Shown: positions 1-12,965 of the stretch, piece by piece
Numbering within the stretch: the stretch's first letter is position 1
Layout: the number at the start of each line of letters is the position of its first letter
Assembly: GCF_006345805.1 (NCBI RefSeq)
Contig: NC_043020.1
Span: forward strand, 25,482,001 to 25,546,000
Direction of reading: 5' to 3'
Source of the DNA: Octopus sinensis
Taxonomy: Eukaryota
Length of the DNA: 64,000 bases
Position numbers and translations under genes: made by a program
The notes under the pieces: generated by a model
Seen by the model: only the letters and a program-made list of their open reading frames with translations
The model's database searches: none
What the model was told of the DNA's origin: nothing

Positions 1-152
1 TAACTTAGCAGTTCGGCAAAAGACCGATAGAATAAGTACTAGGCTTACAAAGAATAAGTCCTGAGGGTCGATTTCTTCGACTAAAATCCTTTGAGATGGT
101 GCTCCAACATGGCCGAAGTCAAATAACTGAAGCAAGTAAAAGAATAAAAGAA
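1..152 (+). mobile_element. 3' tail of abundant tRNA-derived SINE (family A)
   Basis: gttcggcaaaagaccgatagaataagtactaggcttacaaagaataagtc...ggtgctccaacatggcc...aagtaaaagaataaaagaata; the same tail recurs at ~12570, 13460, 27960, 28370, 28620 and 39770. Confidence 0.75.
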
Positions 153-1070
153 TAGCGAGGGACGATTCGATCTCTGCACAAGCAATCCCTGTGTGAGGGA
201 GGGAGAAAGAAAGAGAGAGAGAGGGAGAAAGAAAGAGAGAGAGAGGGAGAAAGAAAGAGAGAGAGAGGGAGAAAGAAAGAGAGAGAGAGGGAGAGAGAGA
301 GGTACAGAGAGATATCTGTGAGGCAGGAAGAGAAGCAGACGAATAGCCGAGTAGTGGCTAGAAGAGTTGAGGAGCGATAGAGGAACATCTTATGAACTTA
401 GAGGAATAAAAATGAGTGTTATTGGGTCACTGATTATCTAGAAGTCATCGCTGTGAAAATTCAGCTGACATGAGTGAAGGGAAGAATGGGTCCCAATGGA
501 TGCAAACTGGGTTTTTGTTAGTGAATGGAAGAATGAGTTGCTTCCCGATGGAAGATTTCACTCTTCTATGTCTTAGAGGAAAGTAACTGACACAGCCAAG
601 GTCTCCGGTTTTAAATTCTCAAATCTTAAGAAAAACAAAAGAACCAACAATATTTTAGTATAAACAGGGACACGTTAACCTCAGGGACACAGTTCTAGAT
701 TTGTGAGTTGATGAATTGAGAAGAAAAGAGGACTTACATACACTTAAGCACATACATAAATACACATCAAGGATGGTGGATGACACGCTTGGTAGACTGG
801 GAAAGAAAGTCATGCCAGTATTTAGTTAAATCTTTGTGTATTGTGAATTCGAATCACATAAAGTTTGATATTGAGTTTTATCTGTTTAATATTGAAGAAT
901 ATGTACCAGTTAAATACTGGATCGATTTTATAGAGTGGTTCAAATATATCTTCTCTTCTCTTATGTGACGAGACCTGTTATGTAACACCCGGTTTTAGTA
1001 TTCAATGCGACTGGCAAGATTGGTTATAATGGATCTTATAACAGTGTATACTTTGATTATATATACAACT

Positions 1071-1123
<53 letters not shown>

Positions 1124-1157
1124 ATATATATATATATATATAATATATATATATATA

Positions 1158-1295
1158 CTTTCAACAATTGAGGGTAAAATTAATTAATTATTAATCAATT
1201 TCACCAAGTATTCAGTATGCAAAGGGACCATTTAAGGCGAATTCAAATTATTACATTATAGTATGCGGCAAGTAATTTATTTTACTAAGCCCTTT
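1158..1295. repeat. Partial copy of the 539-bp hammerhead repeat unit with an internal inversion junction
   Basis: 1158-1260 matches the unit at 3517-3615; 1261-1300 (gtatgcggcaagtaattt...aagcccttttata) is the reverse complement of the next part of the unit. Confidence 0.8.
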
Positions 1296-1337
<42 letters not shown>

Positions 1338-1340
<3 letters not shown>

Positions 1341-1660
1341 GGTCCCGGGTTGATTCGGGGTTAACCACAGTAAATAAGGTACTCAATACATAGCAGAGTA
1401 AAATTAATTTATTATATAGAAGGAGCTTCTACAGGACTAGAACTGTTTCATTCAAGAGAAATCTTCAGGAAGCTAGTTAACAAGAATTGTATTGGCATTT
1501 ATACATTTAGGCAGGTTTAAAGGGGTGTTGGTGGGGGACTTTTTGGGGGTAGGCATAGCGCAAAATATCATACTTGGGGGAGTGGTCAAGGAGTCAGTGT
1601 TAAATTAGATAGAAGAATAAATAAAAAAATAAAAAAATATATATATAAAAAAAAGGGAAT
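1338..1660 (-). mobile_element. Short hammerhead-bearing dispersed element, copy 1 (opposite-orientation copy at 54060-54390)
   Basis: Near-identical reverse complement of 54060-54390; abuts (TA)n. Confidence 0.8.
1424..1474 (-). ncRNA. Minimal type I hammerhead ribozyme
   Basis: Minus strand: agcttc-CTGAAGA-t-ttc(tctt)gaa-t-GAAA-cag(ttctagtc)ctg-TA-gaagct. Stem I 6 bp, stem II 3 bp, stem III with central CTAG palindrome, GUA triplet. Confidence 0.85.
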
Positions 1661-1699
1661 AGAGTTTTAGGTAAATAAGGAGATTCTCTCTTATACCTA

Positions 1700-2070
1700 T
1701 GCACATATGTATACATATATACACACAGACAAACATATATACATATACATACACACATACATACACACACACATATATACATATATATACACTTACACAT
1801 ACATATACATATCTACACATACACATATATGTATACATACACACACTCACATGCATACACGTATACACACATGTATATATACACACACGACCACACATAC
1901 ATATACACACAGAAAAATATATATACACATACACACACATAATCACATACACGCATACACACACATATCCACACACACACATGCACACACAGCACACTAG
2001 TCCCTATATACACATATATACACATACACACATATATACACACACATACATATACATACATATATATATA

Positions 2071-2111
<41 letters not shown>

Positions 2112-2562
2112 CATATGTGTACCTATGCATACCTACACATACACACATATATATACACATACAAATACAGACCCATTCCCTAATTTTAATTTTATTATCT
2201 TCATTTATTACTTTAGTTATCTTTGACCGCTGGTCGCCAACATCTTGGCTATGACAGCCAGTCCATTTTTCTGTCTACTGGAAAACAAGCACTCATTCAC
2301 TCACGCACACTCTTTAGCACGTACACTCACTCATTCGTACACTCATACACATACACGCACGCACGCGTTATATTCATACATACATACATCTACATACATT
2401 CACGTATATACACATACGTACGCGTACCTACAGATTCATGTCTACACTCTCAGAAGGCTAGTCTATACATATACACCAATAAATATAAATACACACACAT
2501 ACATATACACCTACATACAAATACATACATGTATATATATATATATTCACATATATATACAC

Positions 2563-2594
<32 letters not shown>

Positions 2595-2824
2595 GCACAT
2601 ATACACACACATATACATATATATACACACATACACATACATACATATACACACATACACATACATACGTATACATACATACATACATCCATACATACAT
2701 ACATTTATACACATACACACACCCACACGTATACATATACATACACATATATACGCGCATGCATACACATACAATTACATACACATACGCACATACATAC
2801 ACATACATACTATACACACATACA

Positions 2825-2856
<32 letters not shown>

Positions 2857-2909
2857 CACATATTATATATATATAATATATAACATATATATATATATAT
2901 ATATATACA

Positions 2910-2975
<66 letters not shown>

Positions 2976-3025
2976 TCATACACACACATACATATACATA
3001 CATACATATACACACACACACACAC

Positions 3026-3067
<42 letters not shown>

Positions 3068-3070
3068 TAT
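1700..3070. repeat. Compound (AT)n/(AC)n/(ACAT)n microsatellite field
   Basis: Direct inspection; source of the YI/HT/CV ORFs. Confidence 0.95.
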
Positions 3071-3259
3071 TATATAAAAGGGCTTAGTAAAATAAATTAC
3101 TTTGCCGCATACTGAACTCATTAGAAATAGCAGCTAAAAGACTTTTTTAAAGCTATTTCTAATACTTAAAGAAAATCTCTCTCATATATAGTGTTTGCTT
3201 AATTCAACTCACAAAAGTTTGGGGGTAAGGACATCGAAAAATCAAATGCTAAGGTTATT

Positions 3260-3311
3260 TGAGAACGTACGTTTCAAGATTAGTCAAAACAACACTTCTA
3301 TCATCAGCTCA
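3260..3311 (-). ncRNA. Type I hammerhead ribozyme (539-bp unit, copy 1)
   Basis: Minus strand: tgag-CTGATGA-t-aga..gtt/gac..tct-t-GAAA-c(gtac)g-TT-ctca; ACGTACGT palindrome forms stem III. Confidence 0.8.
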
Positions 3312-3797
3312 GAAATTCTTGGTTTGGATTTGGAAACACTGAAAATAAGAACATACCCTTTCGAAGATCTGCTCGTAACTAACAGTGCCAACAAATTCAA
3401 ATAAGCAAGCGAAGAATCTCTCTTCTCCCCCTTTCCACCAGCGTGGGTTAAAATCATCAAACACTATGCTTATTTCGGTAAAATCCGAAGCATTAATCAG
3501 AGGAGGATAATTATAATTTCAACAATTGAGGGCAAAATAATTAATTATTAATCAATTTCACCAAGTGTTCAGTATGCAAAGGGACCATTCAAGGCGAATT
3601 CAAATTATACATTATTAAAAGGGCTTAGTAAATAAATACTTTGCCGCATACTGAACTCATTAGAAATAGCAGCTAAAAGACTTTTTTAAAGCTATTTCTA
3701 ATACTTAAAGAAAATCTCTCTCATATATAGTGTTTGCTTAATTCAACTCACAAAAGTTTGGGGGTAAGGACATCGAAAAATCAAATGCTAAGGTTAT

Positions 3798-3849
3798 TGA
3801 GAACGTACGTTTCAAGATTAGTCAAAACAACACTTCTATCATCAGCTCA
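3798..3849 (-). ncRNA. Type I hammerhead ribozyme (539-bp unit, copy 2)
   Basis: Same motif as 3260-3311, one period downstream. Confidence 0.8.
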
Positions 3850-4273
3850 GAAATTCCTTGGTTTGGATTTGGAAACACTGAAAATAAGAACATACCCTTT
3901 CGAAGATCTGCTCGTAACTAACAGTGCCAACAAATTCAAATAAGCAAGCGAAGAATCTCTCTCTCCCCTTTCCACCAGCGTGGGTTAAAATCATCAAACA
4001 CTATGCTTATTCGGTAAAATCCGAAGCATTAATCAGAGGGAGATTAATTATAATTTCAACAATTGAGGGCAAAATAATTAATTATTAATCAATTTCACCA
4101 AGTGTTCAGTATGCAAAGGGACCATTCAAGGCGAATTCAAATTATTACATTATATAAAAGGGCTTAGTAAAAAAATTACTTTGCCGCATACTGAACTCAT
4201 CAGAAGTAGCAGCTAAAAGACTTTTTTAAAGCTATTTCTAATACTTAAAAAAATCTCTCTCATATATAGTGTT

Positions 4274-4373
4274 NNNNNNNNNNNNNNNNNNNNNNNNNNN
4301 NNNNNNNNNNNNNNNNNNNNNNNNNNNNNNNNNNNNNNNNNNNNNNNNNNNNNNNNNNNNNNNNNNNNNNNNN
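4274..4373. other. Assembly gap (100 N)
   Basis: Run of n. Confidence 1.
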
Positions 4374-5408
4374 TATTAGTTTGCGTATGTATGTACATAC
4401 GTGTTCATATATGCACCAGTAGTAAAAGAATTATATAATATCATGCTTCTGTAAAACTGACCTAAATCCTATAACCGTACTGCCAACATAGGTGTCCACC
4501 AGCTGACTGTTGTTTCTCAGAGCTTCAGCGATCTAAAAAGAAAGAAATTAAATATTTTACATGTGAACAATGATCGGTAATTATTGTATTTCTCCAAATC
4601 ACTGTTATAGTAAAACTGAGCGACCATACGTCGGACAGGTGACCCGTCCAAAGACGAACATATGCCACAGCCTACGGGAATCCAGCTTTAGCTGCCTATG
4701 ACTGGTGTGTGTGCCTTTGATCCGATTATGAAACTTGTAATTAAGATAAATGAATTCGAATCTATGGAGTAGAGAATTACTGTTGAGATGTCCTAAGTAT
4801 TCGAACATATATTAAACAGAGAGAATCGATTTTCATCTAGTCTTCACAGATCATCGGTGTCAATGGAATATATATGACGTTTTCGTCGATAATCCGATGC
4901 ACTCGACACAGATTTGATTCTACTGTAGGGTTAATAAAATGGTGCGATGTCTATATACGAAGATATTATTGGTAATGACATGCAATTGTTAATTGTGAGG
5001 GATTCCAGTGTGTTCTATGCGCTCTGATGTGGGCGACAACTTTATGTCATTGCAGAATACTGAAACATATGTGAGGAGAGAAATAAAAGAATTCCATGTG
5101 CGTCCTTTAGAAATACATAGATATACACATACATACATACATACATACATACATACATAATACATACATACATACATACATACATACATACATACATACA
5201 TACATACACAGATAGATAAAAGACACACACATATTCTGAATCTTCGACCGATGAAAACGAACGCTCAACATCGCATTGGTGGATAGAATTTCTTTAGTTT
5301 TGTATTAAAACTACCATTGGTTTCATGTTAGGAAAATATTTTAATATCTTAACAATTTTCAAGACAGTCTCATGGAGGGATCGTGGTCGTCTCCATTTGG
5401 TATATATA

Positions 5409-5492
<84 letters not shown>

Positions 5493-6184
5493 CGTGTGTG
5501 TGTGTACTGATGTATGTGAGTATTGCAATGGTAGAGATGAAGTGGACGTATAACAAAATATTTAATTTTGCAATATATCAGAATAAAATGAATCTTACCT
5601 TTGAAATAATTTCAGAAATCTTCTCTTGGGTTTCATTGGCATTAAGCTGTGAGTATACGCTTTTGTATTGCTCATCGAAGTGTATTTTTAAAATCATTGC
5701 ACTGGTAATACCTGTAAAAGAAAGTTTTATAAAAAGCATCATACATATAAATATTCACACACCCAAGGTATGAAAAGAAATTATTGTTTTATTTGAAGAA
5801 ATCATTTGATATATAAAACACTATAGAAACACCCATAGAGAGGTTCATTCACGCACAAAAGCCAAGCATACGCACACGGGCTAAAATCTTGAAGTTGGTT
5901 TTGCAACAAGATTTTCTGAATGCCTCAATCGAAACGAATATTGTTATATTTGTGAAGATTTATAACTAAGAAGCAGTCATCTGTTGTTTGTCTCCAGTTC
6001 ACGTTTTCCTTTTCCAAACGTAGATTATATTTGCTTATCTACTCCCAAATATCTTTCAATGCGTTGACCCATAGCTCTCCTATTGTTGTACTGTTTTCTT
6101 TTTTAAATGTTTGATTTATTAGTTTGCAAAGTATTTTCAGGTTGTTAAATGCCTGTAACATCGAGCATCCGAATTAATTGTGAT

Positions 6185-6287
6185 TTAATAAAATTCAGCA
6201 TAGTATGTGAGCATACGGTCAGCTACTTTTGGAAATCGTGTAAATCTACAAAACTGACTCATGTCCTCAGCTGGTACTTTATCGAAC
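6185..6287 (-). CDS. Candidate terminal exon of the membrane mucin-like gene (FDKVPAEDMSQFCRFTRFPKVADRMLTYYAEFY*)
   Basis: Pyrimidine-rich acceptor ttttctttaacttcctttcatttag; phase 2, so it needs a linking micro-exon (candidate 6857-6884, weak gtgaac donor). An alternative phase-1 terminal exon exists at 4989-5059. Speculative. Confidence 0.25.
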
Positions 6288-6991
6288 CTAAATGAAAGGA
6301 AGTTAAAGAAAACTTCAGTGGAATTCTGGAGCCTGAAATACTACAGAGTCTACCAGTGTGCTATCTTATTTAATGCGATAATATTAGAACAATTTTCATT
6401 CTTTCAGCTTGAAAGAATATGCAAACCGATCTGGAGTAGCAAGGACATGAGTTTACAAATGGCGCGGAAATGACTTTCACAAACGTGAATTGTAGAATAA
6501 GTACCCGAAAGATTAATGAAGCAACAACGGAAGCAACAACTACAAATTCCTCCACCATTTCCACAACCATCGTATTATATGCTGTTCCACATTCATGAAA
6601 ACGACAGCCTGCCGTTGGAACATCTATGTATTCTGCATCAATACGTATCTAACCCTAAACTCAGTTTTCCATTTAACTGGCTGAACAGAAACATAATCCG
6701 ATATCCCGGACGGAACATTTGACGAAAAGAGAACACACGAAGCTAAAGATCAAAATAAAATAGATAAAAACCACTGAGTTGTGTGTTTAATTGTTATACT
6801 AGATTCCTGTCTGTAATAAAGTGGTGATAAAAGAAAACACAATATAATACGTTCACTCAGTTGGCATAGCCTTCAAAGAGATTTCTAAAAATAAATACTG
6901 TAAAAGCAAAGCCAGACGACAGATTTAAAGTTCACATTCCTATATTCAATGTTGTGTCGAATCTGCGCATGAAAGTGAGAAAATGTCCTAC

Positions 6992-7498
6992 CTGCAGTTG
7001 TTGAAAAAATAGAGGTTTGTTCACTGGTTGTAGTTGAGAATTCAATGGTCGTGGACGTTTGTTCAGTGGTTGTGAATGTTTGATCAGTGATAGTTGATGT
7101 TTGATCAGTGGTTGGTGATGTTTGATCAGTGGCCGTTGATGTTTGATCAGTGGGCGTTGATGTTTGATCACTGGTCTTTGATGTTTGATCAGTGGTTGTT
7201 GATGTTTGATCAGTGGTAGTTGATGTTTGATCAGTAGTCGTTGATGTTTGATCAGTGGTTGTTGATGTTTCATCAGTGGTCGCTGATGTTTGATCAGTGG
7301 TCGTTGACGTCTGTTCAGTGATCGTTGTGGTTTGATCACTGGTCTTTGATGTTTGATCAGTGGTTGTTGATGTTTGATCAGTGGTCGTTGATGCTTGATC
7401 AGTGGTCGCTGATGTTTGATCAGTGGTTGATCGTTGTGTAACCTCTGTTGTGTATGTCTCGCCTCTCTCTCTTCCGGTTGACGTTGATTGCGTTGCAT
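6992..7498 (-). CDS. Mucin-like Thr/Ser-rich exon (21-bp repeat encoding TTDQTST)
   Basis: 507 nt, open; acceptor ttaacttttacag| at 7499/7498 and donor gcag|gtagga at 6992/6991; symmetric phase 1-1. Confidence 0.75.
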
Positions 7499-8096
7499 CT
7501 GTAAAAGTTAACACATGTCATGCAATCTATATTTCAAACAGTGATTTAAAATTATTTATTTTGTCGTGTGGACGTGATTTTGTCGTGATTGTGCAATTCT
7601 TTTTATTGACATTTTGGTAACTTTGTAGAAATGACATAAGTACCTTGATAGATTAACTGCCGTTGTAGTTTTGTTAAATTTAGTTGAAATCTTAGGATAA
7701 AGAGGAAAAATTAATCTCTTTTTATCTTCATATTTATCAATATCTATAAAAATATCATTAAATGGTATTCTGATTTATTTCCTCTGTAAATATAGTATTC
7801 CGCTTCAATTTGATGCACCGTAGTAAACCTCTCGACTCGACTTAAATATATCAAACTCCTCCAAATACCTGTCAGTCTCTTCGCGTAATTGAAGTGACGA
7901 CTTGCTACTTTGTAATGGCATCGAGTCTAATAACTTGTAATAATGATATCAAACTAGTGTTATTTTTATATTATTAATAAGTACATTTCAGTTCCTCGTG
8001 ATATATAATAGGAATTGCTTGCTTTACGACAGATCTTATTCTCTTAAATTGATTCAAAATATTTCGCAATATTTATATATACCGTTCTCGACACCC

Positions 8097-8479
8097 GTGG
8101 AGGCGCAATGGCCCAGTGGTTAGGGCAGCGGACTCGTGGTCGTAGGATCGCGGTTTCGATTCCCAGACCGGGCGTTGTGAGTGTTTATTGAGCGAAAACA
8201 CCTAAAGCTCCACGAGGCTCCGGCAGGGATGGTGGTGATCCCTGCTGTACTCTTTCACCACAACTTTCTCTCACTCTTACTTCCTGTTTCTGTTGTAACT
8301 GTATTTCAAAACGCCGGCCTTGTCACTCTCTGTGTCACGCTGAGTATCCCCGAGAACTACGTTATGGGTACACGTGTCAGTGGAGTGCTCAGCCACTTAC
8401 ACGTTAATTTCACGAGCAGGCTGTTCCGTTGATCGGATCAACCGGAACCCTCGTCGTCGTAACCGACGGAGTGCTTCCA
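8097..8479 (+). mobile_element. tRNA-derived SINE with 11-bp target-site duplication
   Basis: Box A/B-like head ggcccagtggttagg...gtttcgattcc; TSD tctcgacaccc at 8086-8096 and 8480-8490. Confidence 0.85.
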
Positions 8480-8739
8480 TCTCGACACCCATCGCGAGTT
8501 ATTTTGCCCGCCATTGACACGCGGCGTCATGTAGTGATCTTTTCTTGGATTCTATTGCGTAGCAAATTTTAAGGATAAACAAAACACATTATGTATATGC
8601 GACCAATAATGTTTACATTAGTATTGGGTTGTCCGGAAATTTCATGCCGATTTTTAAAGGAAAGAAAAAGGATATTGGAGTGAAGTTGAAGTAAACAGCA
8701 CATGATTATAAATAACATTTACTTCAATCAGTTCGCCTC

Positions 8740-9130
8740 TAATAGCAATCTAAAGAATTTATCACCATTCAGACGACGTACTACTAGGAGAAGCTGAAAA
8801 ATGCGACCCCCTGAAAAGGCGCGGACACGAAAGATATGTAAAGTTCTGGAAGGGCTAGCAACAAAGTTTGGCATCAAGAGATATACAAATACCGGCCATT
8901 GCGTTGTGCCAAAAGTACTGTCCACTCCTTCTAAAGTGAGGACCAGATACTGAAATAGTTTGCGGTTGAAAAGCCCACAGATCTTCAATGCTCTGCCAAA
9001 AGCAAATCTATATAATGTTGATGTGAATGTCTTCAAAGAGAAATTGGACATTCTGTCCACGAAATCAGATGAATTAATGTCCCGGCATGAAGTACAGACG
9101 AGGGATGCGGGGTCTAACACCTTCATATAC
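8740..9130 (+). mobile_element. Decayed 3' fragment of CR1-type LINE ORF2
   Basis: ICKVLEGLATKFGI..GHCVVPK..SPQIFNALPK aligns by eye to IWKILEGLVPNFGI..GRHCMVPK..GPQLFNILPK at 46290-46460. Confidence 0.8.
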
Positions 9131-9240
9131 TAAATAAAAACTGCACAAAATCATAAGTAAGAGTGGTGAAATTCCAAATGCAGAAAAAAAAATCAACCGA
9201 CCAAAACCATCTGCTAGACAGAAACTGAAAGAAGCCTGTC

Positions 9241-9312
<72 letters not shown>

Positions 9313-10008
9313 TATATAGAACGGCAGTTAATCTATATATATATTGTATTGCTTTGGATTAATATCTAGCCATTGTTAATATTGTTATTGATTTATTGAT
9401 AGGTGTCTATTAGTTGTAGTTGGGTGTCTTCATGGTAGTTTCTCCATAAGTTGTGTTTTTTTTTAATGTTTTTCGTTTTTTCCGTATTTTTCATTGATAA
9501 AAAAAATTTGCCATTTTCATTGAGTATTTATTCTATTTCTTTGCACTAAGTCTTCACGCGTTAAATTTTATAAACGCTTTAACTATCTTACGTTTAAAAT
9601 TCAGTTACTATTTTCCTTCGCCAAGTTAAGTTACATTTACATTTTATCGTTTATCTATTTCATTTGAATTTGGAATCGTTTTGGGTTTGAAATTATTATT
9701 ATTATTGTTGTTATTATTATTATTATTGTTGTTTGTTGTAATATTATTATTTATTTATAGTTTCTTAATTGTTATTTTTTATGTTCGATATTAAATATGA
9801 TTTCTTTTAATTTTTATATAGGAATTTAATGTTTTACATATAATTTATTTTGAGAATTGGTTTCATTAGACTATATATTTTTTTTAATAATTAGGTAATA
9901 TTTTTATTAAGTAGTATTACATTTAAGTAAATTAGTTTTTATTTTAAATAATATTAATTTTATGTTTAACTTTATTATCGTGTTACGATAGATATTAATT
10001 CTTATATC

Positions 10009-10074
<66 letters not shown>

Positions 10075-10466
10075 GGACCTAACGTATTACATTTAATTTA
10101 ATTTGAGAATTAATTTTGTTAGACAATATATTATTTAATTATTAGGTGGTATATTTATTAAGTAGTATTAAATTTAATATAATTAGGTATTACATTAATT
10201 GGTATTTAGTCAACTATATTATAGAGTGATATATTAAATTTATAGATACTACACATATATATTAATTATATAGTTAGCTTATTTAATGAGTTTGTCTATA
10301 TTTGAACCATTTCATATTTTGATCACAATTTTAATGACTTGTACTAGCATTGTGTATATTAATTAATTTTAAAGTATTGAATAATTTAAGTATTGTTTTT
10401 ATCTTATATATAAATTTTTTTAAAGAATATTTATTAATTAATTATTTTATTATTCTAGTTTATTTT

Positions 10467-10570
10467 TAACCTGATGGGTGGCTATATTCATATCGAAGTG
10501 ATTTTACTACTTCTATTAATTTTTTTACTATAATCATTTCTTAAATATAGCCACGAAACACGTGTCATTA
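10467..10570 (+). ncRNA. Decayed type I hammerhead ribozyme
   Basis: taac-CTGATGG-gtggctatatt...aatatagccac-GAAA-cacgtg-TC-atta; perfect 11-bp stem II, CACGTG palindrome, GUC triplet; A9 is G and stem I has a C-A mismatch. Confidence 0.65.
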
Positions 10571-11044
10571 TTCTACCAATTATATACGTTTTTATTATTA
10601 TTTCTTTTTGCAACGGTATTTTATTGTTATTCTAATTTTAATATTTCTATTATATGTAATTTTCTAGATGGTGTAATTTAATTGTTCATTTTGAATTGAT
10701 AAAAGGTGGGGTTATTTCTAATTTATATATATATATATTGTGTTAAATTTGATTTAGTATTTCTCAATTGAATTTTTTCCCTGTAAGTTAGGATTAATAT
10801 TCCCTCAAATAATTATATATATATATATATATTATATATATAATATATATATATATATTATATATATATATATATTATATATATATATATATAGGTAGGG
10901 AATTATATATATATAGGTAGAGAATATATATTATATATATTATATATATATATATTATATATATATATATATATATCTAATATATATATATATAGATATA
11001 TATATATATATATAAGGTAGGGAATTATATATATATATATAGAT

Positions 11045-11670
11045 AGGGAATTCTTGAAATTAGTCTCTAGGCATTTTCAACAGGATCATAATTTGGTAGA
11101 ATATTTAATAGAAGAACCTTTTGGATCAGCTATTCTTGCTGCAGAAACTTCGCCTCTTTCGTTAACCAACACAACAGTAAATTAATTGATAATAAGCATA
11201 GTGCCGATCCTCTTAAAAAATGTAATTGCAAAGATGGATCCTCTTGTCCGTTGGAAGGGAAATGTTTGGAAAAAGGAATCGTATATAGAGCCAAGGTGCA
11301 AATAGAAGGCTCACCTGAATATAGGACTTATACAGGGGCTTCTGAAATTTATTTTAAAAACCGATTTTATTCGCACAAAAATTCCTTTCGATACCCAGAA
11401 AATAAGACGAAGACCAGCCTAGCGAAATATGTCTGGGAATTAAAAGAAAAAGAAGCCCGACCTTTCAACGTATCATGGAGTATTTTAGATAGAGCGGCAC
11501 CATACAAGCACGGTGCGCATAGGAAGGAATTTCAAGTGTGACCTATGTTTGCTAGAGAAATATTTTATTTTATTCCAAGACATTAATTCTTTGAGCCAAA
11601 GAAGCGAACTCTTGAATTCATGCAGACACGCAACTAAATTCAAAATGTCGAATATCAATATCCCATATGA
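11045..11670 (+). mobile_element. Penelope-like element 3' remnant: linker Cys motif plus GIY-YIG endonuclease
   Basis: FLKLVSRHF..IFNR..ISYSC..HN..CNCKDGSSCPLEGKCLEKGIVYRA..YTGASE..FKNRFYSHKNSFR..TSLAKYVWELK..WSIL; frameshifted. Confidence 0.85.
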
Positions 11671-12569
11671 ATAGCGTATATTTTTGTTTTTTTATTTTTT
11701 TTATTCTTGGACTAGTTTTTGATCACACTGTTGGATTTGTTTCGTATTATGCAGGTTTTATTCCACATCGCAAAGTTTTTGTATATATTTCGATATCCAC
11801 TTTGGTAATTTAATTTATAGATAATCCAATATATGGTGTTATATTTTGCATGTCTTTTATCTAAAATTGTTATTATTATGCACTCAGCAATTTTTAAAAA
11901 ATAACGTTGTTTGTATATACGTCAGATCCTAGACATGTTTTTATATGAATATTTGTATTGGCATGCATCTATGTATATGTGTAAGTGAGCGTGTATGTTT
12001 GTACTTATGCACATACATACATGGATGTATATGTATGCATGTATTCACTTGGATTTATGTGGATGTGTTTTTACATACTTGTCTCTATATATTTATATAT
12101 GTGTATTTACTGCTTATATACACTTTTATATACACATGTATACGTAATATTATTTTGAGAACGTTCGTTACGCTTAGTCGGGCTTTGTTTCTTTTTTCTT
12201 TCTTCATTTCTTTCGTTATTTTTTCTCTCCCTATTCGTTACTTGTATAGAGTCCTGTAACTTTACGCCCCCTCCCTTTCTCTTACTCACGTCTTCAGCTT
12301 TCTGTTGCTTATAAGATCGTTACCTTTTCTTTTCTTCCCCCTCTCTGCGTTTTACTTCTAGTCTATATGTATACAGCAAGTGATTTTTGCATGTGAGCAA
12401 GATTGCGTATACATATGTGTACATGTATTTGTGTGTATATTTTCGTTTTGCATTCATATGTCTGTATATGTATGTGGTCTGTGCACATCTATCTGTGTAT
12501 TTTGATGTATACATGTATATTGATGGCTTAGTATGAGTATGTACTGTTTTTCTTTTTTCTGTTTTCTTT

Positions 12570-12965
12570 TACTTGTTTCAGTCATTTGACTGCGGCCATG
12601 CTGGAGCACCGCCTTTAGTCGAGCGAATCGACCCCGGGACTTATTCTTTGTAAGCCCTAGTACTTATTCTATCGGTCTATTTGCCGAACCGCCTAAGTGA
12701 CGGGGACGTAACACACCAGCATCGGTGTCAAGCAATGCTAGGGAGACAAAAACAGACATCACACACCACACACATACACACACACACACATATATATACA
12801 TTATATATACGACAGGCTTCTTTCAGTTTCCGTCTACCAAATCCACTCACAAGGCATTTGTCGGTCCGGGGCTATAGCAGAAGACACTTGCCCAACATGT
12901 CACGCAGTGGGACTGAACCCGGAACCATGTGGTTGGTTAGCAAGTTACTTACCACACAGCCACTT
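12570..12965 (-). mobile_element. Full-length SINE family A
   Basis: Reverse complement shows tRNA-like head (gtggctgtgtggtaag...ggttccgggttcagtccc), internal microsatellite and family tail. Confidence 0.85.

Larger units (their letters stand above)
3073..4273 (-). repeat. Tandem array of ~539-bp hammerhead-containing unit (2.2 copies, runs into assembly gap)
   Basis: Duplicate ORFs 3195/3734 give period 539; aaaagggcttagt recurs at ~3077, ~3617 and ~4156; starts right after (TA)n. Confidence 0.92.

Noticed and set aside
1600-3121. Many overlapping ORFs rich in YI/HT/CV
   Set aside because: Translations of dinucleotide and tetranucleotide microsatellites
3195-3943. Repeated 69-aa ORFs (also 22107-22427)
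   Set aside because: Antisense or incidental frames of the hammerhead unit; copies differ by frameshifts
7868-7935. Possible small exon between the TM and mucin exons (cag|gtattt donor)
   Set aside because: No open phase 1-1 reading from available acceptors
8097-8175. tRNA-like sequence (also 18109-18185)
   Set aside because: SINE heads followed by SINE bodies, one with a TSD; not tRNA genes
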